Shown piece by piece: positions 23,267-39,543 of a stretch of 56,372 nt of DNA. Origin of the DNA: Craspedostauros australis (lineage: Eukaryota); the NCBI GenBank assembly GCA_030167865.1, contig JALAGF010006230.1, positions 1 to 56,372 of the forward strand. Direction: 5' to 3'. The notes below the pieces were generated by a model, which worked only from the letters and a program-made list of their open reading frames with translations, ran no database searches and was not told the origin of the DNA. The translations under genes were made by a program, and so were the position numbers. Position 1 is the first letter of the stretch. The number at the start of each line of letters is the position of its first letter.

Positions 23267-25405
23267 ATGACATCTTCCTCTCCTCCTTCAGGAACAGCAG
23301 AAGCTACGGAGCCGACCTCTCTCGTTTTCGACTTCCGATGTGATGATGTTCCTGAACAAGCCACAGACGCAGAAGACGAAGACGAAGAAGGGGTTGGTCT
23401 GCCAACAGAAGATGCGATGCCATCACCAACCTCTCATTCCACGCAAAGCGCTTCAACTTGCGATGCTGTCCATGGATATGGCGTTGAGTCCAACGATCGC
23501 ATCGAGGCCCCGTTGCCGTGGAACTCACCAGACTGGCAGGGCGAAGCAGACGGCCTGACGTTGGAGTTTTGGCTCACGCCTGCCCAGTACGCATCTCAGA
23601 ACCATCACAAGGACGAAAGTATATTCGCGATCTCGCGACGTGCGCTCACCGATGCGGAATGGACCGACGACATCCCGCAGGCCATAGCCATGGATTGGAT
23701 CGGTTGCCAAGGATACTTCTTCTACGCCGCACAGCGAGGTCCGCACTTGGTGCTGCACTACGAAGACAACGACGCCGCCTCCAGCTGCCGTGTGCTTGTG
23801 GTGAGACAGCAGGATCTGCTGCCGGATCGTCTTTTGCATGTTGCGTACGTGCTGGGTTCCGGGCGCACGTCGTTGTATCTTAACGGACTGCCCATGATCC
23901 AAGATGTGCCGAATTACTTCACGCAGCAGGAATCCGCAGGTTCCATTTGGGGCGGCACCAATCTCACCTTTGCAGAATTCTTTGGCGCGGCGTTTCGAAT
24001 GAACGATGCCGCGTTTCGTGGCACTCTGCGATCGGTCGCGTTGCATCCGCACGCCATGAACGAGGTGGGAGTACAGCACGCGTACGCCGATCGGTTGCGA
24101 GAAATGAAGCTGAAGCGCGCGATGGAGATTGAAGCACGGCTCTCGGACCTCACGCTTCAAATCAAGGAGGCCAGCCAAACGGAATTGATGCTTCAAGAAC
24201 GTACAGCCGAGACGCCCATTGTGATCGGTCCCTTGGACGCTTCCATGCTGCGCATGACAGTCGCGGGTGTTGATATTGCTGTGCAGCTCCAAATCGTGGA
24301 CGTGCCGCAACAGGGCATGCTGCAATTGAATCACGGCGGCGGTGATGCCGATCACAACACAACTCGCGACGTGGTCATGGACATGAACGTGGCGAACGTT
24401 GAGGCGCACTCTCTGCACTCGTTCGACGTGGACACGCGAGCTTCCGACATTACTTTTGCCAGCATGTTCGTCTACCAGCCGTTTGCTGTGGACTACTTCA
24501 ATCGACCCACCACATCCTTTCTCGGCGATCCGTTGCTCGTGGAGCCCGATTCGTTTTCGTATCGCCTCGTTGCACACGCTCCGAACGATACAGATTTCGG
24601 GTCTGAGCAATTCGTCTCTTGCGAGATCGCGGTACAAAGCCTGGAGGTCATACATGTCAACCATCCACCGACATTGGACGCATCCAATGTCACCACTGCA
24701 ATGACATCTGAGGATTCCAGCAACGACGATCTGTCATCGCGACCCATCACGCTGATCGGTGGGGTTCGGTTCTTTGACCAAGATCTGGACATTGACCGAG
24801 TCCGGGTCACCCTCCAGGCAACGAACGGCACAATGACGATCGCATCCGATCAGCTCCGCAGCGTACCTGACTTCACCAGCTGCACCCGCCGTACCAATTG
24901 GCAGTGCGTTGGTACTGGCCACGAGGATCGCATCATGACATTCCTCATCCTCCCAAGCCAAGTGGAAGTCATCATCAATGAGTTGGAATTCACGGGATTC
25001 AAGTACGGGCAGCCAGGCCAGGTCCGCATGGATGTTTGGGACGGCGTCGACGATGCATCCTGCTTGAACGCAGAAGAGCACAACGCAGCATCCGTCCACT
25101 TTGGGTGCTACCATGTGGGGGCAGCGATCTCAATTCCCGCAGTATCCCATCGTGATGGGGAAATTGGCAGTACTGAAGAAGGGTTCGTGCGCGAACTGTT
25201 CGAATTTCAGGATCTGCCAGACTTCATCTTTTGGGGGACCGTATTGATGATCATGGTATGCTGCTGTCTGGGAGTCCGTCGATGCTGCGACTGTATGCGT
25301 TCGTGCCGGGCACGTGGTAGCAAGATTCCAATTGACATGCACGAACAGATGCGGCACCGAAGACCCATTGCGTGGGAATACAATCCTGGATCTCACAACG
25401 TTTGA
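23267..25405 (+). CDS. LamG/concanavalin-like + Ig/cadherin-like single-pass membrane protein
   Basis: 712-aa ORF; LTLEFWL...HVAYV...LYLNG...FRGTL (LamG-like); VNHPPTL, DQDLD..RVTL (cadherin/Ig-like); C-terminal TM followed by a Cys cluster. Confidence 0.65.
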   Translation: MTSSSPPSGTAEATEPTSLVFDFRCDDVPEQATDAEDEDEEGVGLPTEDAMPSPTSHSTQSASTCDAVHGYGVESNDRIEAPLPWNSPDWQGEADGLTLEFWLTPAQYASQNHHKDESIFAISRRALTDAEWTDDIPQAIAMDWIGCQGYFFYAAQRGPHLVLHYEDNDAASSCRVLVVRQQDLLPDRLLHVAYVLGSGRTSLYLNGLPMIQDVPNYFTQQESAGSIWGGTNLTFAEFFGAAFRMNDAAFRGTLRSVALHPHAMNEVGVQHAYADRLREMKLKRAMEIEARLSDLTLQIKEASQTELMLQERTAETPIVIGPLDASMLRMTVAGVDIAVQLQIVDVPQQGMLQLNHGGGDADHNTTRDVVMDMNVANVEAHSLHSFDVDTRASDITFASMFVYQPFAVDYFNRPTTSFLGDPLLVEPDSFSYRLVAHAPNDTDFGSEQFVSCEIAVQSLEVIHVNHPPTLDASNVTTAMTSEDSSNDDLSSRPITLIGGVRFFDQDLDIDRVRVTLQATNGTMTIASDQLRSVPDFTSCTRRTNWQCVGTGHEDRIMTFLILPSQVEVIINELEFTGFKYGQPGQVRMDVWDGVDDASCLNAEEHNAASVHFGCYHVGAAISIPAVSHRDGEIGSTEEGFVRELFEFQDLPDFIFWGTVLMIMVCCCLGVRRCCDCMRSCRARGSKIPIDMHEQMRHRRPIAWEYNPGSHNV

Positions 25406-25614
25406 GGTGTCCTTGTCTATGACATCTAAGATAATGATGGTGAAAGAGAGCGACGAGATCGAGGAGGAGAGCACCTTCTCCAGGTTGGTTTGTAAAGTCA
25501 AAGCTAGAAATGTGCGGTATTATCAGAAACCTTTTGCATTGATTGTTTCCCAATCATCCTGTGCATCCATCGCTTAAACAAAGAGAGTCAATGCTCACTA
25601 TAACAATGCCCAAA

Positions 25615-28501
<2,887 letters not shown>

Positions 28502-29170
28502 TTACTTGCTTGCTTCTTTGCTTGCTTGTTTATTTGCGTTGATCCTTTCTGCGGCATCTAACAATACGCTGCTGTTGCTGCTGTGGATGTCGAGGATGGC
28601 GATGTTGATGATGATGCCTTCGTTGGTGGTGGTAACAATGGCAGTCGCAATGGTGATTGTAATGGTGATTGTGATGGTGGTTGTGTTCACAAATCACCAT
28701 TTCCTTTCATCTTTTTGATGTTTGTTGTTTTGGTTTTTGGCTTTCTGTTTTGGGTTGGTTGGCGTGACTGTACCGAAAACGGATGAAGGCAAGACGCCAA
28801 CAAGTAAAGGCTATGTATTCTAGTATAGTAACCGAAGACAACGCTGGCCTGAGTTTCTAGTTTTGCGTCATTTTCGACAAACAACGCGTTGGCTTGGCTA
28901 TTGAAGACATGGCTCCACTTGTATTCAAAGGCACACTGTATTAGTTGTTCACTTAAAGTACTGCGTACGGGCACACTTGGAAACATAGAGCACAAATAGG
29001 TATGGAGGATTGTGGATGGTTGAGCACGGTGTGCAGCACCGTCCCTTGGTGGCACCTGGGTTGAGAGCGAGTATGATGTACCTACTCTGCGAGAGTCTTA
29101 TCCACAGCATCATTCCTTATTCATCCATCCATTCATTCGTTGGTTGGTTGCTTTGCTCGCCCGTTGCTGG

Positions 29171-32100
29171 CTACGGAAAGCACTGCGTACAGCACGTGCA
29201 GGTGATTTCGTTGCAATCTGCCGTCAGTTCCAGCAGTCCGAGACTGCAGATAGCATTGGACACGCTGCCTGACAGGTTGTTGTTATCGAAGTTGAATTCC
29301 CTCAGGTTCTGCAGACTTGCGATGCTTTGTGGCAGCCCACCTTGCAGAGAGTTGTTGCTCACATCGATTTCTTGCAGACTTCGGGCGGATCCGAGACTTT
29401 CGGGGATGTTGCCGCTGAAGTTGTTGCCGCGCAGCTCCAGGACGGTCAGAGTCTGGTAGGATGAGAGGTTGGGGATGACGCCGTCGAACTGATTGTCGCT
29501 GACCCGCAATCGCGACAACGTCAACGGATTTCCAATGAAGCCGAGGTTGCCGCTGAAGCGGTTGCGTTCCAACACGACAGTGTCGATGGGGGATTGGGCG
29601 AAGGCACCGGTTGGGATCTCACCGGAGAGCTCCGTGCCGAAGAGGATGATCTGCTCGAGTGATGTCATGGATGTCGCGAAGGCCTCAGGGAGGGTTCCGG
29701 ACACACGATTGTCAACAATGGCAAAGATCTCCAGTTCGTCAATGATCGAAAGCTCCGGTGGCAAGGTGCCGACGAGTCCATTATTCGACGCTGTGCCATG
29801 CAGTTGCGAGGAGAGAGAGAGAGAGAGAGAGGGAGGGAGAGTCACCATTGATGATGTGAGTTGAATGAGGAATTGCAACGGCGTTGATCATTGGGTGTGC
29901 AGCAATGGCAACAATATGGGCAAGCGTACGCCATGTGCATGCAAAGATTCATTGTGCACCAACACTCCAGGCGACGATCGTGTCGCGATTGTGCACATGC
30001 ACCGTACTTACAGAATACGACATCGCGGATGCGGCCATCGGCTTCGCAGCGGACTCCAAACCATTGGCAGACGCTGCCCTCAAGCCAGGGTCCGTTGTCC
30101 GGATCCGTGCACGTTGCATCATCGCGAGAGCATTGCGACCAGCTGTCGCCGTTCGTTGAGTAATACAGCACCACCAAGGCGTACCGATCCCTGAGCTCCT
30201 CGGGCGAGAGGAGCTGGAATTTGAAGGCATCCCGTTCGATCAAGAAATCGGCTGCTTGGAACTGCGGTGTGCTGCGATCATCGAACACCGCTTGCCCGGA
30301 TATGTCGCGTGCAAAGAACTCCACGAATTGCTTCAACTGCGAAGTTGATGGGGCGGAAGATGGCGTATCCGTGGTGGGTGCGATGGTCGGCATTCCCGTC
30401 GGCGGCGGCGGCGGCGGTGGTGGCTTGGTTGGGCGCATAGTTGGTACTTCAGTTGGCAGCGTTACTGATGGAGACTCCGTTGGAACATCGAGCGTTCGTA
30501 CTTGCGTGTCGGGACAGTCACAATCATCCAGCAAGAGGGGTACGACGATGGCAGCAATGGCGAGCAGCGCGAGGATGATGATGCCAGCCATGATAACTCG
30601 GAAGTTCCGCCTGGCACGTGCTTCAAGTCGAGCCTTGGAACCATCGTCCTTGGATCCGAAGTCATCGTTGCCCAACGGAGCCGGCACGAATGCGGCGCCT
30701 CCGGCTCTATCATCTTCATCGTTGAATCCTTCAAAAACGATCTCTTCTTCGTCAGGATGGTTTTGACTGCGGCGACCAGTACGGCCAACATCACCAACCA
30801 TCGCACCTCCACCACGATTTCGCCGTGGACGTTGCGGTTGATTTGGATCTCTGGAGTCGTGCTGTGGATCTCCATTGTAGAGCACGAACGGGTCTGAGTT
30901 GTAATCTGCCTCGTAAGTTGTGGGTTTGGGCAGATCGGGTTGACGAGGAATGTGCCGATCATCGACGTAGGTGTCACCACCTCCGTAGGTTGCCGGGACT
31001 GGTCCACGCGGAGTCGTTGCTTCGTACGGATTCTCTTCTTCCTCAAACTTTTCTTCGTTGTGGGGACTATAGTGATCTGGTTCGTGTTGCTGCTGCAGTT
31101 GCTGCTGTTCGTGTTGTTGCTGTTGTTGCTGCTGCTGTTGAGTTTGATATGACGTGCTTGATCCACTCCTCGTTGATCCCGAGACTGGTTGGGACCTGTC
31201 CGTCATGGAATCTGGCTGAATTCCACCGGATGGCCTCGATGAGTCGGCGGCAGACATGGATTCATCTTCGTATCCACCGGAAGAACCTTCTTCCGGAACA
31301 TCTTGAACGCCTCCGACGAGACTGCCAGCGACGGCTGCAGCACCGACGGCGGCAGCAGCAGCAACAGCAATGCCGGCCGCGTTGTCATCATCATCATCAT
31401 CTTGCTGATTGGTATCTTCGTCAATGGTGTCACCATCTTCATCAAACTCCGCATGCGCCTTTGGCGCTCCATCCTTGGTGGAGATATCATCGGATTCCGA
31501 AAAGTACTCTTCTTCTTCCAAGTTACTTTGCACGTCGTCTTCTTCGACAATATCCTCGCTATACTCCGGCGCGCCCGCTGCGTCCGGATCCCGACCAATC
31601 GAGTTGCCGCTGATGGACCCACCCGGTTCACGTCCACGCTGCGAATGTTCCGACGCCGTGTCGACGATTTCCTCGACGAGATAGCGTTCCGAGAATGGGA
31701 TCTCCTGGTAGTCGCTGCCTTCGGAAGCCGAGAATTGACCGATGGATTGCTGCTGCGGCGGCGCCTCGCTGACACGGCTGTGCTGTGTCTCATCCTGTTC
31801 CGTCTCGATGTTCTCCGTCTCGTACTGATCGCTCTCGTACTGTTCCTCGATATCCATGTCTTGCTCTTCGGCATCGGCTTCGAGTTCGACATCTTCGAGG
31901 CCGGGCAAGGAAGTGGCCGTGTTGGCCAGGGATATGTTGCCGGACTTTGGCTTTTCGGGTGCCGGCGAGTCGGTTTCCGCATGTTGCGATCGCTTCGCGG
32001 CTGACAGCGACGGCAGATCGCCATTCGGATCCTGCATGGGCGGCGATGGCGTTGTGCGTGGATCCTGACTGTGCTTGGATCGTGAATCGGCCGAGTCTAT

Positions 32101-33387
32101 TTGCAACGTCTCGTCCATGAGCATGTCATCGTCGAAGGAGCTGTTGCGTTGATTCATGCGGGTCCTGCCAGCGCCCGAGAGCGATCCATCCAACAAGGAT
32201 GTCATGCTGGCCGGTCTGCCCCACGATTCACCCGCATCGAGGTCTGTGGCCGACGATTCGAAGGGGAAATCCTCGTCATCATCTCGCACGACCTCTTCAT
32301 CCACGACTTCCTCCTCTTCGAGCAGCTCTTCCTCGAGCAAGGAATCACCATCGACGATCTCTTCATCAAAGACTTCTTCGACGATATCCGTGGCCATTGT
32401 GCTTGCGGGTATCTCCGATGCAACCGATGCATCGTGTGTGGATTGTGCAATGTCACTGGGTTTGTCGCTTTCCGCTGCTGTCGCTTCAGGTTCATCCGCG
32501 TCGTTTGTGGTGGCGGGAGTTTCGTCAGCAGCATCAGTGACGGAAGGAGCTTCGTCAGTGGTGGGAGGAGCTTCGTCAGTGGCGGAAGGAGTCGCAGGAG
32601 CCTCAACAGGAGTGGCCTCAGCAGGAGTGGCCTCAGCAGGAGTAGCCTCAACATCAGCAGCCTCTTCAGTTGCAGCACCAGTGGGCGCATCGACACTTTT
32701 GACAGACTCCGGCGCGGGACTATCCCCCGTGATGGGCGGAGGTGGCAGCGGCACTGCGGCTGTCTTCGCAGGCTCCTTCGGTGTGGGCGTGAGGAACGAC
32801 GCGCCGCCTGGCGACTTCAACTGCGCCGCCTTGCGCATGAACTCCGGCACGTTGTTCTGCGGCGGTTTCGGTGAGATCTTGACGGGCCTGAGGCTTGCAG
32901 AATGAGTGCTGCCGTCGAGAGGTGGCTGCAGCTGCGCCAGACGCTTATGAGACGAGCTCGCGAAGGATTGGCGGCTGCGCTGCAAGGGACTGTTCTTGCT
33001 GACTTCGTTGAGTTCGGCGTCGCGCACGTCTGGCTTGTGGGCTCCCTCCTGCTTCAGCGCCGTGTACTGGCGGATGCGGTCCTTGAGCGAGACGTTGGAG
33101 GTGCTGTCGTCGTCGGCCTTGCTGGCGAAGGAGCCCTTGGAATGCCGGCTGGAGATGGAGTTGTCGTTGCTTTCCGTGCCTGTGTTTCTCATTCCAGCTG
33201 CAGCTGCTGCTGATGTGTCTGGCTCGCTGTTGTTGGGGGTCACCACGTTGGGTTCGGACCCTGCCGCAGCCGTCCCTTCCTGCTCCTGGCCAGGCTCTTG
33301 GTCGGGCTCCTTGCCGAAGAGGAAGCCGCGACGGCTGCTGTCCTTCTTGCCCCGAAGCATCAGCTTCTTGCGGAGTTCAGGATCCAT
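29171..33387 (-). CDS. Leucine-rich-repeat type II membrane protein with ~930-aa acidic disordered N-terminus; exons 33387-30012, 29790-29171
   Basis: TM VIMAGIIILALLAIAAIVVPLL; P/T stalk; RYALVVLYYSTNGDSW cap; plant-type LxxNxLxGxIP repeats; ADC.EITCTCCTQCF terminus; GT-AG intron 30011-29791. Confidence 0.88.
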
Positions 33388-34633
33388 GGTGCTTGTTTCT
33401 TTGCTTCCGACCTCTCTTTCACCTCTCTTTCACCTATGAATGAGGATATGCCTATGTCTGTGTCTATGCCTGTGTCTATGTATGTGGATGTGTCACTCTC
33501 CTTCCCTCACTCTGTGTCCTTCTCTCTGACACTCTGACACTCTCACACCCTCACACTACCTGACTTGCCCAATTGTGCCGATCCTCTCTTGAGATGCTCT
33601 CTTCAATTCTGCAGTCACAACAATGGCACTCCACTCTGGCGCGCGAAATGGACAAGAAACTCTCTGTGGCATCAACAAAGGAATGTGACTCTCGGACATG
33701 ATTTCGTCAAGGCGAAGGAAGACACGCCCAATTTTTGGGAACATGTGTGACAACGGAAAGGGACGTCACGTCGCTCGGACTTTCTTTGTTTAACGTCGTT
33801 GGTGGCCAAATTCGTCCAATGTTCATCTCCCACCATGTGTTGGAGAGCGAAATGGAAAGGAGATCTCGTATCGTGTCAGATGTCGTTACTCTACAGGAGG
33901 AGATTAGATGCGGAGATCAGAAAGCCTGCTCTGAAGTTATCAGAAAGCACCCATAGCGACATCAAGGAAGCAATCGCTAGCAAGACGAAGGTCGTCATCA
34001 TCATTGCCTCCAATTTGACAAGATCCAAAACTAACGCAATCCGGAAGCCGATCGGATCTTTGCGACGGGTCATTTTCCCATTCGGAGTCGTCATTCCTTC
34101 CGACAATGTTCTTTCCCTGTGATCCACAAGTGATAGGTTAACAAACATCTCTTTCTCTCTCTTTCTCTCTCTGTTCTGTGGAGGAATCAAAGAGGACGCG
34201 TTATGAGCCATATATATATCTATAATAGATCGCACTCAACAAGATACGTACGATTGATGAAGCGAGCAGGAGTGTGCCGGTCGTATGGTAGCGTCTCCCT
34301 TTCTCCTCTGAGTTGCAAACAGGAGGCAATATCTGCCGCCTGTATCGCAGAGTGTAGCTATTTGGCATTTTGATTTCACATGTTATGATCGAGTATTGTA
34401 CGAATATTGTAGTATGCTTGCTTTGCCAAGTCTCTCTCTCTCTCTGTCTCTTTGTTCATGCATGATAATATTTGTAATAATTGACATCTACACAGTCGGT
34501 CGCTCCTTGCCTTCCATTCATTGATTTACTGATTCATTCATTCATCGATTCTTTCGTGCATTCGGTTGTATTATACTCTCGTACGGAGCAACGACCCCTC
34601 CATACGTACGTACGTGTGTGCTATTGCTGCTGT

Positions 34634-36698
34634 TTAGAAGCACTGAGTGCAGCAGGTGCATGTCACCTCGGATATGCAATCCGCGGACAGGATCTGAATC
34701 TCCACGACACCTGTACCACGACGACCGCACAATAGGTCAGTGACAGTGCCCGTGAATTCGTTACCTTGCAGTTGCAACTCGTCTGTTGTTGTATCATCGT
34801 CGTCAGTGTTGTGATTGTTCGTTGTGTTGGTAGCAGTGTTGTTGTTGTTGTTGTTGTTGTTGTTGGACAGGAGGAAAGGTGGAATGAATAGTAAATGTGT
34901 GAGAATCCATGATGCATATGGCAGCGCAACAAAGCGAGATGCACATGCAGTAGCAACAGGCACAGCACTCACTCAAGGTGGCCAAGGTATCAAAGACGGT
35001 TGGAAATGGCCCGCTGAATCTGTTGTTGGCGAGGTTGATGAATTGTATGATTCGAAAGTTGGCGAATCCGTCCGGAAGGACGCCCGAGAAATCAGCGCCA
35101 TCGACGTTCAGTTCATCCAGCGGCAGATCGAAGAGCTCGGCCGGCAAATTGCCCGTGATGCCGGTGCCGCCCAATCGCAATTTCGTCAGGGTGGGCATGT
35201 TGGCGATGGCCGCACCCGAGATGGTGCCGCGGATTTCGGGATTGTTGGATAGATCGAGCCATTCGAGGGAAGGATTGTAGACGCCGCTGGTGAGATCGCC
35301 GCGCAGGTTGTTGTCGGCGAGGTTGATGCGCGCCAGGCTGCTCATCTGGTTCAGCTCGTCGGGAATGACGCCCGTGAGGCTGTTGCCCTGGAGGCGCAGC
35401 TCGGCGACGTTGGCGAATTGTCCAAAGATGACGGGGATGGGTCCGGCGAGCTGGTTGTTCTCCATGAAGATGCGGGTGATGGTGTCCACGGAACCAGAAA
35501 GGAAGTCAGAAGGGATGCCGTCGATCTGGTTTCCGCTGAGGACGATTTCGCGCATGTTGGTCAACGCGTTGAATCGTGGTGGGAAGGATCCAGTGATGCC
35601 ATTGTCGGCGGCGATGAAGGTACGCAAGAATTCGAGCTGACCGATGTCGTCTGGGATTGGCCCTTGCAGGTTGTTCCCAGTGAGTGCTCCTGTTGTCGTG
35701 ACAAGCATGACAAGCATGACGATCATGACGAGTATGGTGCAATTGAAGCAAAACGAAATGAATAGAATAGAATGAAACGAATGAATGGATGAAAAGATGT
35801 GTGAGGTGTGTGGTGATGACAGTTGACGTTCACAAATCATAAAAGAGAACCATGTCTGGACGTCGCAGATCAACTCCCCATACTCGCAGTGTATGGTAGA
35901 GCACGGTTGCTTGATTTCTCCACATCCATGCATTTCCAGAGTGAACTTACCAAAGTTAAGCTCCGCCACTCTGCCATTCTCGCACAGCACAAAGGCCCAA
36001 GTGCAGTGATCGCTCTCCGGGTTCAGCCACCGGCCGTCGTTTGCGCAAGCCGTATCGCCCTGACCACACTGGGTCCAACCATCGCCGTTGAGGGAGTTGT
36101 ACAGGACGACCAAGGTGTAGCGGTCCTCCACCGGTGGCACATCCGTCAGCTGGCCGATGAAGATGTCAGTGATCATGAATTCAGCAGCCCTGTATTGCGG
36201 GCTGGACTTGTCAGCGAACGGTTCCGTGCCAGAGACGGGGTAGCCGATGGTGTTGAGGAAGCTGAACAATCGTGCCGTGGTGGGCTCGAAGGTCGGCGTC
36301 TCGGACGGGAGCAGCGTCGGCACTGGCGTGGGAGCGAGCGTTGGTGACGGTGTGGGCGCCACGACCGGCGCGACAGTGTTTGGCACGATCGGGGCCGCCA
36401 CGGGTGCCTTGGACTGCGAAGGCGGGAAGGTGAGCGACCTGAGGTTGACGTCGTTGCAGTCGCAATCGTCGAGGAGCATGGGCACGAGGATGGCGGCGAC
36501 CGCGAGCAGAGCGACGATGACCAAGCCGAAGATGATGCAGCGGTGGCGGGCCTTGGCCTTGTCGTCATCGGTGGGGCCGTCCATGTCATCGTTCGCCCTG
36601 TTGCCATCGTCGGAGGACTGCGCGTCGTTGCGAGAGCCGCTGTCACCGTACCCGGCTGCGGCTCCGTTGGCCTGCTCTTCGTTGTATGGTTGCAACAT
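34634..36698 (-). CDS. Leucine-rich-repeat type II membrane protein (tandem paralog); exons 36698-35951, 35689-34973, 34782-34634
   Basis: Same TM-LLDDCDC-stalk-cap-LRR-ADC..CTCCTQCF architecture as 29171-33387; two GT-AG introns restore frame. Confidence 0.88.
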
Positions 36699-38234
36699 GG
36701 TCTGGAGTGGGGTGCTGAGAGTGTTGCCTTGATGTGTTTGTTGCCTTGATGTCTTCGGTGTGTTTGGTGGTGCAGATGCAGTTATGAATTGGGATGGGAA
36801 TGCAGTTGTGTTGTGTTGTGTTGTGGGAATGGTCGCTCCAGCTGCCGCCTCAGTTTCTTCTCCACTTTCTGCTTGAGTTTGTGTTTCGAATCCTGACAGT
36901 GTTCAACTCCGTGCTTTCGGGAGTTGTGATGGATCAATGACCCTCGTTCTTTGTTGTGCCAACTCACGTGTGTCAACAGAGTATCGTCGTACTATAGTTG
37001 TTGTTGTTGTTGTTGTAAGTACGAATGCTACTATACTTTGGAGGGGTTCCGCTCAGCAAAGTGTGGCAGTTGCTGCTTCGGTTCTTTTCGCGGCCGACTT
37101 TGGCGACTGTTGCACCTCTTGGGTGTTGCTGTGTCCAATTCGTTTGCGCCTTCTCTTGTGGATGCGTGCCCAGATGTCTGCGTTGATGGGATTTTGTGGA
37201 TCGCACGCAGGGGTGAGAACGATGCCCCTCCGACCGCAGCCGTTGTTCGTGAAAGAATTTGGTCACAAAAGCGCATCACAACAAGACTGGAAGCGGTGTT
37301 GGTCAATTCGGAGAGCCAAAAATGCGCTGCGCGAGGTTGCGACCGCGCGTGTCGTGTGTAACTTTGCGCAAACGGTAACAACTTGTGTGAGGATTTTTGT
37401 CACCGGTAATCTTATCCACGACTTTTGGCTAATTTTGTCCATCTCCATGTGCTTCACACGAGTCGGCAGGTTCCGAGAAAATCCCGCACTTGCACGATCC
37501 TGTATGAATCACGCGTAATCGGGATTGGTTACCTACGATTGAAAGTGAGCCAACCATGTGGGGGCCCATCACTCCGACACGCACATTCCGAGTCCCAGCA
37601 GTCCTCATGGAAGGGGCGCCGCAGATTGCAAGTGCACCTCCGAAGAGAGGAGAAGGGCATGGATGTGAATGGAAAGAGATCGTCATGCCTGACGGTGGCA
37701 ATGAGTTGCGTTTGATTGTTTGATTGGAATGTGTTGGCTTCAAAACATGTGGATCCAGGAGACACTACGACGACGACCAGCGTCGACGACGGTGTTACTT
37801 CCGCAGGTGGCGTGGATGAAAATGAGATTGTCCGTATGTATAGTAAGATGAGGTGTGGATCGGGCTGTTCACAAGTCACGTCGATGGCAAACCATCTGCA
37901 TTGCGTTGCTGGACAGAGGGCAGATCTCGACAGCGATGGGGTGCCGCCAAACGATGATCCGACATCAGTCACGAAACACTCATCTCGGCTCATTGTCGAG
38001 TGATCCCATGCATAGCATGCATTTCAGAATCGTTGTTGTGTCGCCCCCACATCATGCACACAAAGCAGCTGCAGCACCTTCCTTCCAAACATTAGATCAG
38101 CCGTCGCATTCAGCTCAAGGTCTGGCAAGTCCAGAATGGAGGGTGATGATGATGAGAACACGCAAACAAGCTCTGCATCGAAATCACCATCGGAAGAGAA
38201 GATAAACTTGCACAGGTGCCACAGATGCAACAAA

Positions 38235-38314
38235 GACATCGTGGCCGAGCGGTCTAAGGCGCAACGTTAAGGCCGTTGTCTTAATTGGCGTGGGTTCAAA
38301 TCCCACCGATGTCA
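38235..38314 (+). tRNA. tRNA-Leu (anticodon AAG)
   Basis: Acceptor GACATCG/CGATGTC-A; D arm GCCGAGCGGTCTAAGGC; anticodon stem CAACG/CGTTG with loop TTAAGGC; variable arm; T arm GTGGG-TTCAAAT-CCCAC; downstream TTTT. Confidence 0.95.
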
Positions 38315-38644
38315 TCCTTTTGTTTTCCCCGAAACGGAGACTGTCTGTTTGTGCGTTGTTGTATGTCTGTTCATTTACATCGTTTCATCGCGTGTTTGGG
38401 AATGGTATTGAACACAATCAGTTTAGACAGACAGACAAATAGCTTGAAATACAAACAGCTCTTCCTTTTGTTTCGGAAGCACACCGAAAACGAACGAACT
38501 CTTGTCTGTCGTTTTCCTCATCCACACGAACACACACAACAAAACCATTCTCACATGCGTCCGCTCATTCACAATCTCACACCACCTTGCACAACCCAGA
38601 ACATCGCAGCAGAGGAGCAACAGCAACAGTAGCAGCAAGAAGCC

Positions 38645-39543
38645 ATGGCATCGCAAACAGAGCAGAACGGAATCGACATCAAGCAGGCATTGGAGATCCT
38701 TTCGGAGAGACCTGCGCATCATCATCATGGGCATGCGCACGCAAATGGCAAGGACGGGTCACAGCCACGATCCTGCGGCTGCCAGAGCACCGACATGCCC
38801 GACAACATCAAGGCCATGGGACAGGTCATCGACATGATTGGCAACGAAGACGAGGAAGATGCCGAAAAGAAAGCAGCAGAGCTTCAGAAGGAGCAATCGA
38901 AGCAACGGCAGCGCAAGATCCAGCAAGAACTGGAAGGCATGAGCGTCGTGGAGTTGCTCCAGACCGTCCAGAAGGTGCAGCAAGATCGCGTGTCGACCTA
39001 CAAGGAGTACGAAGGGTGAGTGAGGCGCCAAGTTGCTGCGTTCTGGAGCAGCAGGCAGCATGGAGCGTATTTTGTTTCCTGTCTTCGCCTCGAATCTGCG
39101 CCAGTGCTAGTTTGTCTCATTGCACTCACACCTCATCCTCCACGCTACCCTTCCCTTGCCTCTCTATTCTCAGCTGTCTGGAAACCGTCCTCAAGTCCGG
39201 CAACCTCTCCCAATACCCAGAGACTGTCACCAAGATCACGGCCATCTTCGCTGTGTTGAGCGATACCATGAAGCGTGTTCAATCCATCCTGCAGCAACAA
39301 CACCAGCGCAACGATTTGTCCAAATTCGTGCAGCAGCTGCAGCAGCAGGAAAAGGAGAAGCTGCAGTACACGGCGGCATACCACTTGGAACGGATACGGC
39401 AGCAGAATCACGATGGCAATGGCGATTCGATCGCCGATGTGTACACCAAGAATGTGCAATCGTTGAAACAGAAATTGGCGGTGTGCGTCGAGCGCATCAA
39501 CGAGATCTTGGAAGAGCTGCGTTGCGAGATGATGGAAGATTGA
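38645..39543 (+). CDS. REX1-B family (DNA repair) protein; exons 38645-39015, 39174-39543
   Basis: QQDRVSTYKEY...YPETVTKITAIFAVLS...RNDLSKFVQQLQQQEKEKLQYTAAYHL...INEILEELR helical pattern matches REX1-B; GTGAGT...CAG intron in frame. Confidence 0.75.
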
